Shown here: positions 52,408 through 64,000 of the stretch, piece by piece | How positions within the stretch are numbered: position 1 is the stretch's first letter | Layout of the letters: each line of letters starts with the position of its first letter | NCBI GenBank assembly: GCA_002633005.1 | Contig: NMRA01000001.1 | Span: forward strand, 2,086,933 to 2,150,932 | Direction of reading: 5' to 3' | Origin: Phoronis australis | Taxonomy: Eukaryota; Animalia; Phoronida | DNA: 64,000 nucleotides | Made by a program: the position numbers and the translations under genes | Notes under the pieces: generated by a model | Told to the model about the DNA's origin: nothing | Database searches by the model: none | The model's input: the letters and a program-made list of their open reading frames with translations, nothing else

Positions 52408-53360
52408 CTAAAGAAGCATTAAGCACAGTCTATAAACACCATATGAAGTTATGGAGTAATAAAATTAAAAAATACTCCATACAAGGCAACATGTATACTC
52501 CGCTTCTTTTTCTGCAAACTGTAACAGTTAGGAACTGTTTCCAAAAAGTGGGGCAATCAAAAAACAGGATTTTCATGCAGACTCATATACATAATGGGGT
52601 GCATATTGCTGCCAAATGTCTTGGCGTCTGGGACTCTGCAGCTCAATCTCCTAAAACCCTTTGCATGATCTTAATGATAATCAGCAGATGTGCTTAAAGC
52701 TGGGGACAGATGACAATGAGTTTTGGATAGACTACCATAATCGTGCACCCTGGAGGCAATATCTTTTCACATTTTGCCTTCAGTATACCTAGTATGTCAC
52801 TCACAAAGCAAATTCATTCATAACATTAAACAGTATGAGTATCAACAACCCCTTCAAATCAACAGTGACTTGGTCATAACATGAAATCAAACAATGGGTT
52901 GCGTAAAATACCACACATCCAAAGCAAAAATTGGAACCTGCAAACAAACACTTCTTTCACAAATATGTCAAATGAAAGAAAATAACGGGAGACAGGATAG
53001 CAGATTTTTTTGGCATACAGTCGGATAAACAGTGCTTGGATTCTGAAAACCACATTAGATGTAACTCAAGCAAAATACTGACAAAAGGATACTAGTTTGG
53101 AGAAAGGTGAACGTTGTAATTGTCTCAACCTCCATACGTTTAGGAGATAAGAGTCGAAGCATGCATGGAGTGCAAACGTTAACCATCAGAAAAATGACAA
53201 TGTAAACATCAAAATTTAGTGCCAATTTATTTATGACTTTTTTACACCAAAAATATAGGAATTTTGTTTCGTTTTGTCATACCTGTGCAAAACCACTCTT
53301 GAAAAAAGCAACAGCTTTACGCATACCAAATCTCATATTTTTAACAGACCTGCTACGTAC

Positions 53361-53852
53361 CATTAGGTTCAGATGGATGATCCCACTCAACATATAGACT
53401 AGTTGCACTCATTCCCACGACACGGGGAGCCGGCTGGCCTTGAGGAGACCCCTGTTGAGTTGTCTTATAAACCGGGTCGCTGGTCAGACAACCACCCTTA
53501 TTGCACGCTTTCACATAGAAAGTGTAGTTTGTGAAAGGCGTTAGATCAGTCAGCCTCACATTGAGTTGTGTACCCTGCCAATGGACTGTAGGCGAGTTTG
53601 GTTTAGATGGGGTCACCGATTCAATGATATATTCCACACTAGGACCGTTGATTTTGGACGGTGTATTCCAAGAGAAGTCGGCACTCGTATCGGCAACATT
53701 TTGAACTACCAGAGTCAAAGAACCCTCTGGTGGACCAGCAAGGGTAACAAAGATCACAGGCTGACTCATGGCACTGCCAACGTCATTAAACGACTCAACC
53801 TTGTATTCATAGGAAGTAAAAGGCTGTAACCCTGTATCCGTGTGTGTCAAGT
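53361..53852 (-). CDS. USH2A: Usherin exon w8 (FN3)
   Basis: LTHTDTGLQPFTSYEY...WDHPSEPN. Confidence 0.92.
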
Positions 53853-54723
53853 CTACAAAGCAATATAAGAACAAGACAAGTGAGATAAGTGATGGCTACT
53901 TATTAAGTAACATGTCAGTAATTATGCAGCTAAACTAATTAAAAAAATCTTCTAAACAGAATGCAAAATTTCAGACAAAATCGTTTCAGACTCTGCGCTC
54001 CAGCCTCAAAAATTCAAGTAGAATAGGGACTAGACAACTACAGTAGTTCTAAAACCACTCAACCATTCCTCACCCTTGATACTGCTCCAAGAGCAAACAC
54101 TTGCCTGAAAAGTTATATGAAGAACCTAAACCAAAACTATGAATGACGAAACCCTCTTGTTCTTACTTCCAAAAAGACGTGACTGAACATTCATACCATT
54201 TCCAGTTGGCAAAGGGTGAAGTCACCCCCCTACATGAATTTTTTCTCCATCTTTGAAAAGCTACAACAGTACTCCACATTTTATGCTAAGCTAACTAAAA
54301 AGCAATAATGCATAAAGCTTTCCGTTGTGGTCATTCTTGACTTAATTTAGCTCAAAACATGTCTGAAATTCTAATTTGTCAAATTTCTCCGCAAAATTAA
54401 AGATTAAAAGACTATTAGTCTATTACTAGCTTGGTTTGAACTGTACATGTCATAAAACAGAATTTGGTAGTTTCCATCACTTGTAGCAACATAACTAGCC
54501 TTAGAAATTTGGAAAATGACAATTGTGGCAATTATTTTTTGCAAAATAAATGGGGAATTACCACGAGAGTAAATTATATGTAACTTCAGATTCCTTGGCA
54601 TTATTTAGTTAGCGAAAAACAACAGACAGGCAAGGCAGAGGACACATGACCCCGGGCTGGCTCCAAGGCTTGGGGAGGAGCCTAGCTTGTTTGACATGTA
54701 AGTCAAACAGGCCAATAACTTAC

Positions 54724-54876
54724 TTTCTGAGGCACTGATGGTAGCAATGACCCTGGAGTCCCTGTACAATTTGTATTGCCTGAGGACACCGTTGGGTTGA
54801 TCGGGTGGTTGCCACGAGATGATTAATGAGGTGGCGTTGGCGTCAGTTTTAGATGGCTGGCTCTGCTGGGCTGGGG
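54724..54876 (-). CDS. USH2A: Usherin exon w7 (FN3)
   Basis: PAQQSQPSKTDANATSLIISWQPPDQPNG. Confidence 0.9.
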
Positions 54877-55474
54877 CTAAAGTGGGACAGAAATTACACA
54901 GAAAAAAATAACAACTGAATCCTGCTGATTCTAGATTCATTGAGGTACTGGAAAATGCTCAGGAGGAAATCAGAAGAGATCTAACTCATTAGAGAATTAA
55001 CCTAGTAAGTTTTGGAGTTAATTCTTGACAATCTTTAAACGACAAGATTTTTGGCAATTTTTGTTAAACACATCGGATTTCATAATTTATCCCGGCAGAA
55101 ACTGTAAGACAATTCACCAACAAATTTTCTGGTGTATTCAAATTTTCATTTTTACAGAATACAGCTGAGTACTTTCCATACTATTGATCTGTAAAATACC
55201 TAAAAGTGAGCCAAACAAATACTTGCACAAAATGAATGACTCTCAGCTCATTATCAAACAAACAAGCATATGTTTGATAAATAAGATCTTACATTTTATA
55301 ACGAACACACAGTTTCCAGTTATCCAAAGTGTATATATTAATTACAATTTAATGTAGACTGAATACACTGGAAAAAACAATATAAAAATCGTTAAGCCAA
55401 ACACAAAGCCAGTAAATGCTTATTACAACATCAGCTTGAATGAGATATGAATGACATCCAGTTCTGCCACTGAC

Positions 55475-55638
55475 CTCGACTGCAGCCAAGAGGGTTGTTG
55501 GCGTCCAGATTACTGGACCCGACTTTGCAATGGTCACATGAAGTTCCCTTCACGTTATCTTTACAATAGCACCTTCCATTCTGCTGCTCACATGTGTCAT
55601 TCCTGCTACCAGCCTGGTTACAACTGCACTGTTCACAT
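55475..55638 (-). CDS. USH2A: Usherin exon w6 (last laminin-EGF)
   Basis: CEQCSCNQAGSRNDTCEQQNGRCYCKDNVKGTSCDHCKVGSSNLDANNPLGCSR. Confidence 0.9.
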
Positions 55639-56592
55639 CTATAAACAAGAGCTTAAGCTGCAGTTGAACAACACAGGCACATATAGCTTAATTTGATCAA
55701 GCTCAGTCAAGCTTAATTAGGGACCACCATGCTGTACATTCAATTCCAAGCTTGAATTCCCTCGTCGACTTATTAATTATTACTTCCTTTGCTTGAAAAT
55801 GACTTAGTCTAGTGATAAGAAATGAATACAAAAAATCAAAAAATAAGGATTATCAAGTTATCTCAGAACCTTTTTTACCATTCCAAACTCGGAAAACATG
55901 ATAACCATAAAATCTTTCTTAGAATTTAAGAATGGTTGACATTCCAATGCCAAAATGAGGCTTGAACAGCGCAAGGATCTCGCCAGGCTAGCTGAGCTGT
56001 TTGATTTGATTCGTGTTCCTAACTGGTAACAGTTCAAATTTTTGGTTCATTCATGTATCTATTATCCTGAATGAGGCATCAGATAATAAAGACTGCAAAC
56101 AATTCATGCCTGCAGTAAGTTATTATAATGCACGGGAGAGTATGCGAGACTGGCCCAGAAATCACTGAGTCGTCGCCACCTGTTGCTTAGAACTGGAACT
56201 CGCCTTCAGAAATTACTGCAGATAAGTCTTTACAATGACACTGACAATCAATACATAACCAATACCGAATGTCTAATTAAAACTCATAACTAGCGTGAAA
56301 CAAAGCGGCTACTTTCCGTCATCCTGTGGAGCGACTGTATGAGTTAGCATGGCGGTGGATGATTTCTCAATTAAGTCTTCCCTTCACAAGACTACATAGG
56401 TAGGCAGCAAATTATGCATTTTGGGTTTATTTCACCTTCAGGTAATTTTTAAGAATGCTATAAAAACAATGAAACTGAATTTCTGGTCATTTTGCCTCAG
56501 CTAGCTCCTAGTTTACGCCAGTCGCTTTGATAATATCTAGATTTCCAATGAAGCACTCAGGCATGCATTGCATGGCAATGCCGTTAACTTAC

Positions 56593-56776
56593 GTGCCCGT
56601 GAACACATTGTATCCGTAAAATCCCGCAACGCACTGGTCGCAGTTTGCACCTGAGATACCATCCTTACAGACACAGTTGCCAGTACTTTCATTACAAAAA
56701 GAGTTCGGCCGCGTGCCAGCGGAGCTGCATTGACACTGAGTACAGCCACCACCTTGTATGTAAACCCGTTTGTAGC
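56593..56776 (-). CDS. USH2A: Usherin exon w5 (laminin-EGF)
   Basis: YKRVYIQGGGCTQCQCSSAGTRPNSFCNESTGNCVCKDG...; 184 nt. Confidence 0.88.
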
Positions 56777-56809
56777 CTGTTTAAGAGAAGAGGTAAATCA
56801 ATACCGAGC

Positions 56810-56968
56810 CAAATCATGTATAATGACAAGACACGATCCAGCAGGGAGAGTGTGGTTATCTCAAATCATGTATAATGACAAGACACGACCCAGCAGGGAG
56901 AGTGTGGTTATCTCAAATCATGTATAATGACAAGACACGGTTCAGCAGGGAGAGTGTGGTTATCTCAA
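56810..56968. repeat. 52-bp minisatellite, 3 copies
   Basis: Unit caaatcatgtataatgacaagacacgacccagcagggagagtgtggttatct. Confidence 0.9.
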
Positions 56969-57430
56969 ACAAAGATAACTTATTGACGTTAAATATATCT
57001 AAGTGGTACACACAAGAACCAACCCAATCAAAAAAGTCACAATTTCCATGTAATGTTAATAATAAACAAACTACTAATGAAGGTAAAAGAACAGCAACTG
57101 TAGTAAGTTGCTTTAGCATTTCCAACAAGTATAAAACCTAATTCTTCGAATTTCGAAATTTCAATAACTTAAACCATCTCACAGTTTGACTGGGTGAGAA
57201 ACAAATAAAAAATGTTTAACCAATCACCTCACTCTTGCTATTCCGCTTGCCTATTGGGCTGATTAGGTAGCATGATTTTAATTGAAGACATTAATTTACA
57301 TGCATGCAGGAAAATTAACAACAAGCCATAATTCTAGCAAACAGTCGAACATCAAGAAAATACGGAGTTGCATATAGAAGAACATTGCTGTACATGCATG
57401 GATAAAAATAAAAAAGGCTNGTTAACTTAC

Positions 57431-57614
57431 GTGCCCGTGAACACATTGTATCCGTAAAATCCCGCAACGCACTGGTCGCAGTTTGCACCTGAGATACCAT
57501 CCTTACAGACACAGTTGCCAGTACTTTCATTACAAAAAGAGTTCGGCCGCGTGCCAGCGGAGCTGCATTGACACTGAGTACAGCCACCACCTTGTATGTA
57601 AACCCGTTTGTAGC
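57431..57614 (-). CDS. USH2A: Usherin exon w5, second identical copy (probable haplotype duplicate)
   Basis: Identical to 56593-56776; lies in a duplicated segment starting right after the N at 57420. Confidence 0.6.
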
Positions 57615-57647
57615 CTGTTTAAGAGAAGAGGTAAATCAATACCGAGC

Positions 57648-57858
57648 CAAATCATGTATAATGACAAGACACGATCCAGCAGGGAGAGTGTGGTTATCTC
57701 AAATCATGTATAATGACAAGACACGACCCAGCAGGGAGAGTGTGGTTATCTCAAATCATGTATAATGACAAGACACGACCCAGCAGGGAGAGTGTGGTTA
57801 TCTCAAATCATGTATAATGACAAGACACGACCCAGCAGGGAGAGTGTGGTTATCTCAA
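57648..57858. repeat. 52-bp minisatellite, 4 copies
   Basis: Same unit as 56810-56968. Confidence 0.9.
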
Positions 57859-58879
57859 ACAAAGATTACTAATTAATGTTAAATATATCTAAGTGGTACA
57901 CACAAGAACCTACCCAATCAAAAAAGTCACAATTTCCATGTAATGTTAATAATAAACAAACTACTAATGAAGGTAAAAGAACAGCAACTGTAGTAAGTTG
58001 CTTTAGCATTTCCAACAAGTATAAAACCTAATTCTTCGAATTTCGAAATTTCAATAACTTAAACCATCTCACAGTTTGACTGGGTGAGAAACGAATAAAA
58101 AATGTTTAACCAATCACCTCACTCTTGCTATTCTGTTGGCTGATAAGGTAGCATGATTTTAATTGAAGACAATAATTTACATGCATGCATGAAAATTAAC
58201 AACAAGCCATAATTCTAGCAAACAGTCGAATATCAAGAAGATACGGAGTTGCATGCAGAAGAACATTTCTGTACATGTATGGATAAAAATAAAAAAGGCT
58301 GTTATTCAAGGAAATGCAGTTAAATTGGAAAATGCCAACGATATACGCTAAAGCACTTCTCACGTAATTTGTTGGAAGTTTGGCCGACATCCAGTGAAAA
58401 ATGTAGGTGTTGAGCACAGAGCGTTTCTCTGCATGAATGCAGAAATGGCCAGACTTATGGGCGTAGTGATGCCAAACCATTACCACATCCCTTCGCCTTA
58501 GGCGGAGGATAAAAATACCGTCAGTAAATTTAGCAAAATTAATAAAAAAGTAAACCACAAGATGGTATAACACTGCAAAAATCTTACAGTCAATTGTTTT
58601 GTTGTATAAATATGTCGCTCTAAGAAACTGGCAACTGATAGCAACATTGCAGAAATGTCACTCGATATACGATGAGTACAACTGCATGATTTTAAGCTCA
58701 AGCAAACCACAAGTCCCAAAAACACTCCGAGCACAACAATTGTTCAACGGTCTCAAGTGCGGCTTTAGTGCTCACTCAAAGTTTCTAATTCCACAGTGGA
58801 ATAAAATCATGGAAAAAAACAAAGCCGTGCCTTCATTGAAACAGACTTTCAACCCGCCAATGAACAGACCATAACTTAC

Positions 58880-59560
58880 CATCCATACATCGGGAACAAT
58901 CCCGTCCAATTCTGTAGGGAAGACATGCACACTGGCCAGTGTTGGAGTTACATTTTGTATAAACTTTGGGCGACTGTGTATCTGTAATTCCTCCTAAGGA
59001 ACAATTGCACAGTTGGCATCCTATTGGATTGGATGCCGACAGATTCCATGAGTTGCTACTGCACTGATCACAGGCTTTACCCTCTACTCGTACAGGTCTT
59101 TTGGGGTCTAATGACATCTTGCAGGTGCACTGACCAGTGGTCTTGTTACAGTTGGACGAGCCGTTCACTGTCCCTCTTACGTCGCATCCGCACGACAGAC
59201 AACCATCCTGCGTCGAGCCGCCAAAATTGTAGAACCCGTCAAGGCAGACATCGCACTTATCTCCACCCACATTTCGTTTGCACACGCACTGACCAGTTGT
59301 TTTGTTACACGGATAACCTGGAAGAGTGCCTTCAGGATTGCAATCACATGATAGGCACTTTTTGTCAAAGTCGTAGAAGTTATCTGCGCACTCATCACAG
59401 TGTTGGCCAATGACGTTCGGAATGCATGCGCAACTACCATCGTCACGGTTACAGATGGCGCTAGTTGAACCTTTGGCGTTGCACGCACACTCAGTGCAAC
59501 CTTGCGGGTTGGCAATGTCCAGGTTGTAAAACCCAAACTTGCATTGGGTGCATTTACCAA
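58880..59560 (-). CDS. USH2A: Usherin exon w4 (laminin-EGF repeats)
   Basis: 681 nt, GKCTQCKFGFYNLDIANPQGC...RDCSRCMD|gtaagt. Confidence 0.92.
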
Positions 59561-60913
59561 CTGAAATAGAAAATCAAAACAAATGTCACAGTCAATTTTG
59601 TTTAAACAGGATGGTCCACAGGACGTCATGAAGCCTCACCCCGTGAAAGATTGTCGTGATGCCATCTTAGTTCAGAGTTGTTGGTGACTGAGAGAAAGAA
59701 TTTAGAAGCTCATAAAGTGGTCACTACAATTATGGACAGTGACGGCCCTTCACCAAACTTGGTATTTTCCGAGACAGGTGAATGAACTTAAACTGGAGAC
59801 ATAGCAATACTTGGGATTTGTCTCCCACATTTCACAATAATCCTCCATCAAATTTGATAAATAATCTGGCAGACACAAAGTCACAAGAGGCATAGGAGCA
59901 GTTGAACTCATCCAAAAATCAATGTCAGTCACGCTCCGCTTGTAAAAACACGTCTCTCAACTTTGGTGCTGAACTCAAACCAAAATTCTAAACTTGCTAC
60001 TAGGGGGCGCACAACATGACAATTATAGAAAAATTGCGAGTTAATATCCTTCCTTGATATTAAGAACTCTGTTTCGTAAAGATCCATTCCAGGACTTGGC
60101 AGATATCACAGAAAAGTAAATAATAAAATTGACACCATGTGGCAGAGCAGTGGGGAAATTTGTTCAAAAGTCTCCATGTTTACAGGAACACACCTGCCAA
60201 ATTTCACACAAAGTTTCTGCTAGGGAGCAAGGAGATGCAGCAGTGGATGCTGGTCAGAGATAACTAAAATATGCATTCTTCACATGGATTTGGACGCATA
60301 AAAAACAACTGTACCGTGAAGCTATAAGAATCAGACAAGAAAGGCTTTATGCCGAGAAAACAGAACCATTATGTAACAAAAGCTGATAAGAAGCTTAAGA
60401 ATTTCAGCGTATTTCCACGGACAACTAAAATGGTCAGCTAAAGACAATTTACTGTGTTATACAATATTAAGTGTAGTTGTTTAGTTTGAAATACATTTCA
60501 TCTCATTATTAAGATTTTGATGGACTTGCTGCATATATCCATTAGAAGGAAATTACCAATCATATATTTACTCTCTTAATTCCATCACACCTAGAAAATA
60601 TCACGTTTTTATCAACAACTTCACAGACACATACAAAAAGTCAAAGAATCAATAAAGTATAAAATGTTGCAAGCTGACAACTGCTGATGGAAGCAAGCGA
60701 CGTAATTTGACAAACTACTCCATATACATGTGATACAGGATACTGTTGAAAAAGAGAAACAGGTTTTGTGTAAAATTAATGATACTGACAAAAGCAGACG
60801 ACAAACCCGTTAGCAGCCAATCGAAGCTTGAGAACTTAAAATCTTGGCTGTAAGGAAGTCAGTTCTTGTTGAATTAAAGCTACATAAATATTTTACACTT
60901 AACCCACACTCAC

Positions 60914-61109
60914 CTATAACATTCAACTTGCACTCGCAGTTGCCTGATAAAGTGTCACAAGTTACAGAGCCTCCAACAGTTCCGGCAACGTTACATCCGC
61001 AGGCCTGACAACCACTGGGGTTGGAGCCCTGCAGTTGGAAAAATCCGTCAACGCATTGGCTGCACGTTCGACCGGTCACATTACTCTTGCACTGGCACTG
61101 ACCGTTCAC
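60914..61109 (-). CDS. USH2A: Usherin exon w3 (laminin-EGF)
   Basis: VNGQCQCKSNVTGRTCSQCVDGFF...CKLNVI|gtgag. Confidence 0.92.
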
Positions 61110-61427
61110 CTGAAAATGAAACAATGTTTCATTTCAACCTTTACGTTTAGTAAACATTACTAACTTTTTTAGGTATACCACTGACTGCTCTTTGTACTTG
61201 CTCAAAGTAAAAATGAATTAAAAGCTCGTTAATAAGAGGCCTTGCCCAGGTCAAAGCAACTCACTGAGTCTTGTCTCAAGCAATAATGACATGTATAAAT
61301 ATATCTTTTTCAGTGAGGAGTGGACATATGCTGCAAACATTTTGTTCCGTCAGCACGCCATCTTTTTGGTCATATCACGTGACCTAATGAATATAAGTCC
61401 AAAAAGATTTCTGCCCCCGACCGGCCC

Positions 61428-61517
61428 CGCAATAATGACATGTCACTTCTGCGCCTTGTCTCGAGCAATAATAATAAGTCACTTCTGAGCCTTGTCTCGA
61501 GCAATAATGACATGTCA
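61428..61517. repeat. About 36-bp tandem repeat, about 2.5 copies
   Basis: gcaataatgacatgtcacttctgcgccttgtctcga-type unit. Confidence 0.75.
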
Positions 61518-61850
61518 AATCTTCATGAACTCGGAAATCACATCTAATCTAAGCAAGATACCTAATTCATAATGATCTTAAACAAAATTTAGTTCATTTG
61601 ATGGAAGGCTGATATAAAGCCCCTTTAAACCATCATCAATGAAACAAAACAGGCCAAATTATCACACGTTGACAAAGCTATTCAATGGTGAATATCAAAA
61701 ACGAAACATGGTATGAAAAGAAGTCTGACAAAGTTTCACATCAAACACAAAGAAAAGTTGCCATAATATAAACGAATGCAATACCAGTACTCGTACTTTG
61801 CATGAAAAATTAAATTCAAAAAGGCACATTTTACAAGATAAAAGTCCTAC

Positions 61851-62177
61851 CTCTTGGCACTCTTTGTTCCCATTCACCGTACCATCAGTGTTACAATTAC
61901 AAGGAGAGCATGCATCAACATCAGAAATCTGTTTGGTCTTGGGCCTGTAATACTCTGCCACGCATTCATCACAGTAACGTCCCTGAGTGTTGTGGGAACA
62001 ATTGACGCATATGCCCCCACCTCCACGAGCGTGCTCGCTGGGGAAAGGGTCTAACGAGGCGTTGTACACGCAGCTGTCAGCGTGGTTGTTACACGTGCAG
62101 GGTCTGCAGTTGAACGCATTTATCTGGTCACCGACGCGGAATGGCTTATCGTTGTATAACGGCAGACAGGTATCACA
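61851..62177 (-). CDS. USH2A: Usherin exon w2 (laminin-EGF)
   Basis: CDTCLPLYNDKPFRVGDQINAFNCRPC...GNKECQE|gtagg. Confidence 0.92.
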
Positions 62178-62454
62178 CTAGAACAAATTATAAGCGATCG
62201 TGTAAAATCTTGACACTAAAGCAATTACTTTACAATTATTGCATGATATGGTAAACACAACATGAGAGTGAGAATACTCACAAATATAAAGAAATTCTGT
62301 AAAAATCAAATACCAAGCACTAAGTCTGATCTTGCCTGACGTTCCACTTTAATTTGTATAGTTCATATGTGGGCCATGGAGGCTGTCAGTATGTCTGAAT
62401 ATGAAATATTTTCACTCTTCTGAAACATAGCAGCATCATGTTTGCAGTAACATG

Positions 62455-62608
62455 CCTACAACCCCCTTACCCACGACCCCCTTACTTACAATCCACTTAC
62501 CTACGACCCCCTTACTTAGGACTCCCTTACCTACGACCCCCTTACCTACGACCCCCTTACCCACGACCCCCTTACCCACGACCCCCTTATCTACGACCAC
62601 ACTTATGA
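62455..62608. repeat. 15-bp C-rich minisatellite, about 10 copies
   Basis: Unit acccccttacc(c/t)acg. Confidence 0.9.
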
Positions 62609-63044
62609 CCTGATAAAAAAGTTTCCAGGTTTTTCAGACACAATTGAGAGTTGCGACACAAGATGTCAAAAACTTGTCTTAGTCTATACGAAAAAGTCTA
62701 GAAGAAAATAATGGAAAACAATTGAAACTAAGTGTTTGATTAAGAGAATAGTTAAACAAACAATAAAAGATGTATTAAATCTCATCTAGAAAGGAGAGTT
62801 TGAATGAACATTCCCCACACCATGCGGGAGTGGAAAGCTGTTAGGAAAACAGTGAAAAATAAATCATGGGACGAACTAACTTTCGATAGAAACGATAAAT
62901 TTTTGTTAGTGATCCAGCATTTCCCTACTTTCCAAAGCTGATAATAACAGATGATCACTAGAAAGACCTGTGGACATTGACTAATAACTAATAACTAATG
63001 CTAGGTATAACGGATCACGCGCAGGCTATATATATTTGACTTAC

Positions 63045-63135
63045 CCTCTTGCCTGTGGTGAAGCTGTCACTGTTGCAGTTACACCTGTACGGTACATTGG
63101 TGTTGCAAGTCTCGGCATGACCATTACAATCACAC
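63045..63135 (-). CDS. USH2A: Usherin exon w1 (first laminin-EGF repeat)
   Basis: cag|G TGT GAT TGT..., CDCNGHAETCNTNVPYRCNCNSDSFTTGKR|gtaagt. Confidence 0.9.
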
Positions 63136-63456
63136 CTGAGAAGTGAAAATCACCCAGATCATAAAACAGCCAAACAAAGAGTTACTTCAAATGACTTTCA
63201 AAACAAAGTTATTACCAAGAACAGGTTTCAGTGGCTGGCTGCATAAAACAGTCTCAATTGGGACTTAACTATGTTCCGTAAAATTTCAGCGCATTTGTAG
63301 ACTTACTAATGTTAAATCTAAATTTACCTTTACTGTGAACTTCTTTCTCGATAGTTTTTCTATTAATTTATCGGAAAACTGGGCCCTTAATCCAATGAAA
63401 ATTAATAAGAGCATGGATTAAATTACATGAAAAGGACCCTGTTTATTTTAATAGTA

Positions 63457-64000
63457 TTAAAGGCGAAGGGAACCTTTTTTCATGTCATTTTGAGCTAAAA
63501 TAAGGTTGGTTGGTTATCCTAGACATACTTTCCACTTAATTACAGCTTTTCGTAATTTTGTTAATTACTCGTCCGCTACTCCGGAAGTGACGTTTTAGGA
63601 GGCAAGCAATTTCGTTTCATATAGTCTGACTGTGAGAGCTGCCAAGTCAGTCATTGTTCTACCTCGGTTGTGTTAAGTTACGTCGTCGTTTGCTTTCCTT
63701 TACTAGTCAGTCAACATGCCACACTGTTGCTGCGTACCAGGATGTACTCATTATCGTCTCACACGCGCTTTGGGAGTAACTTAGCATCGTTTCCCGATGG
63801 ATGACACACTTCGCCGTACTTGGCTCGTTCGTGTGAAGAACGCAGCGTTACCCGTCCACGCAACGTACAAAGCAGTCGAGAATTTCCGTGTGTGTGGCAA
63901 GCACTTTCTGCCGTCCGATTACGAAAGGGATTTGTACGCTGAACTGATGAAGGTCCCTGCGAAACAGCGCCTGAAGAAGGATGACATTCCGTCAGTGTTG
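63457..64000 (+). mobile_element. Left end of a THAP-encoding DNA transposon, probably Kolobok-type, in a usherin intron
   Basis: TTAA followed by AGGCGAAGGGAACC terminus; CCGGAAGTGACGT motif at 63581; THAP reading frame from 63716. Confidence 0.65.
63716..64000 (+). pseudogene. THAP (C2CH zinc finger) domain reading frame with an in-frame TAG, running off the window
   Basis: MPHCCCVPGC...GVT*HRFP...RRTWL...FRVCGKHF...LKKDDIPSV; stop at 63782-63784. Confidence 0.85.

Larger units (their letters stand above)
56583..58300. repeat. Near-identical tandem segment (837 bp and 880 bp) joined at a single N
   Basis: 56583-57419 versus 57421-58300; differ by intronic SNPs, a net 9-bp indel and 3 versus 4 copies of a 52-bp unit. 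Confidence 0.92.
9068..63135 (-). other. USH2A: Usherin orthologue, multi-exon gene span (5' end outside the window)
   Basis: 59 exon positions with GT-AG boundaries and compatible phases, 14071 coding nt using exon 14b. Domain order LamEGF-FN3-LamG x2-FN3-Cys-rich-FN3-TM. Usherin-like motifs CLPLYNDKPF, LDPFPSEHARGGGG, PYIRERLPL and C-terminal KEQTMFTDTHL*. Confidence 0.96.

Noticed and set aside
57431-57614. Second mutually exclusive exon pair
   Set aside because: Identical exon copies next to an N gap are better explained as an assembly haplotype duplication.

Overview
AT-rich animal (invertebrate-like) genomic DNA, not prokaryotic. Most of the window is one large minus-strand gene, an usherin (USH2A) orthologue. 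I traced it by hand through 59 GT-AG exon positions from 63135 down to the stop codon at 9068-9070; splice phases are compatible throughout, giving about 4,690 codons. Domain order: laminin-EGF array, FN3, two laminin-G domains, FN3 array, Cys-Cys-rich insert, FN3 array, transmembrane helix, cytoplasmic tail ending in the PDZ ligand -FTDTHL. The N-terminal exons lie beyond the right edge. The most notable observation is a pair of tandemly duplicated, diverged, same-phase exons (48615-48746 and 48272-48397) encoding alternative versions of one LamG1 segment. They are flanked by positioned UGCAUG motifs, a GU-rich tract, a duplicated 3' splice site and a long intronic hairpin, which together suggest a regulated mutually exclusive splicing switch. 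Also present: Penelope-like retroelement remnants with hammerhead motifs, a THAP-encoding Kolobok-like transposon end, decayed LINE and hAT fragments at 0.8-5.9 kb, several minisatellites, and a probable assembly false duplication around the single N at 57420. All identifications are by eye and from remembered family motifs; no searches were run.
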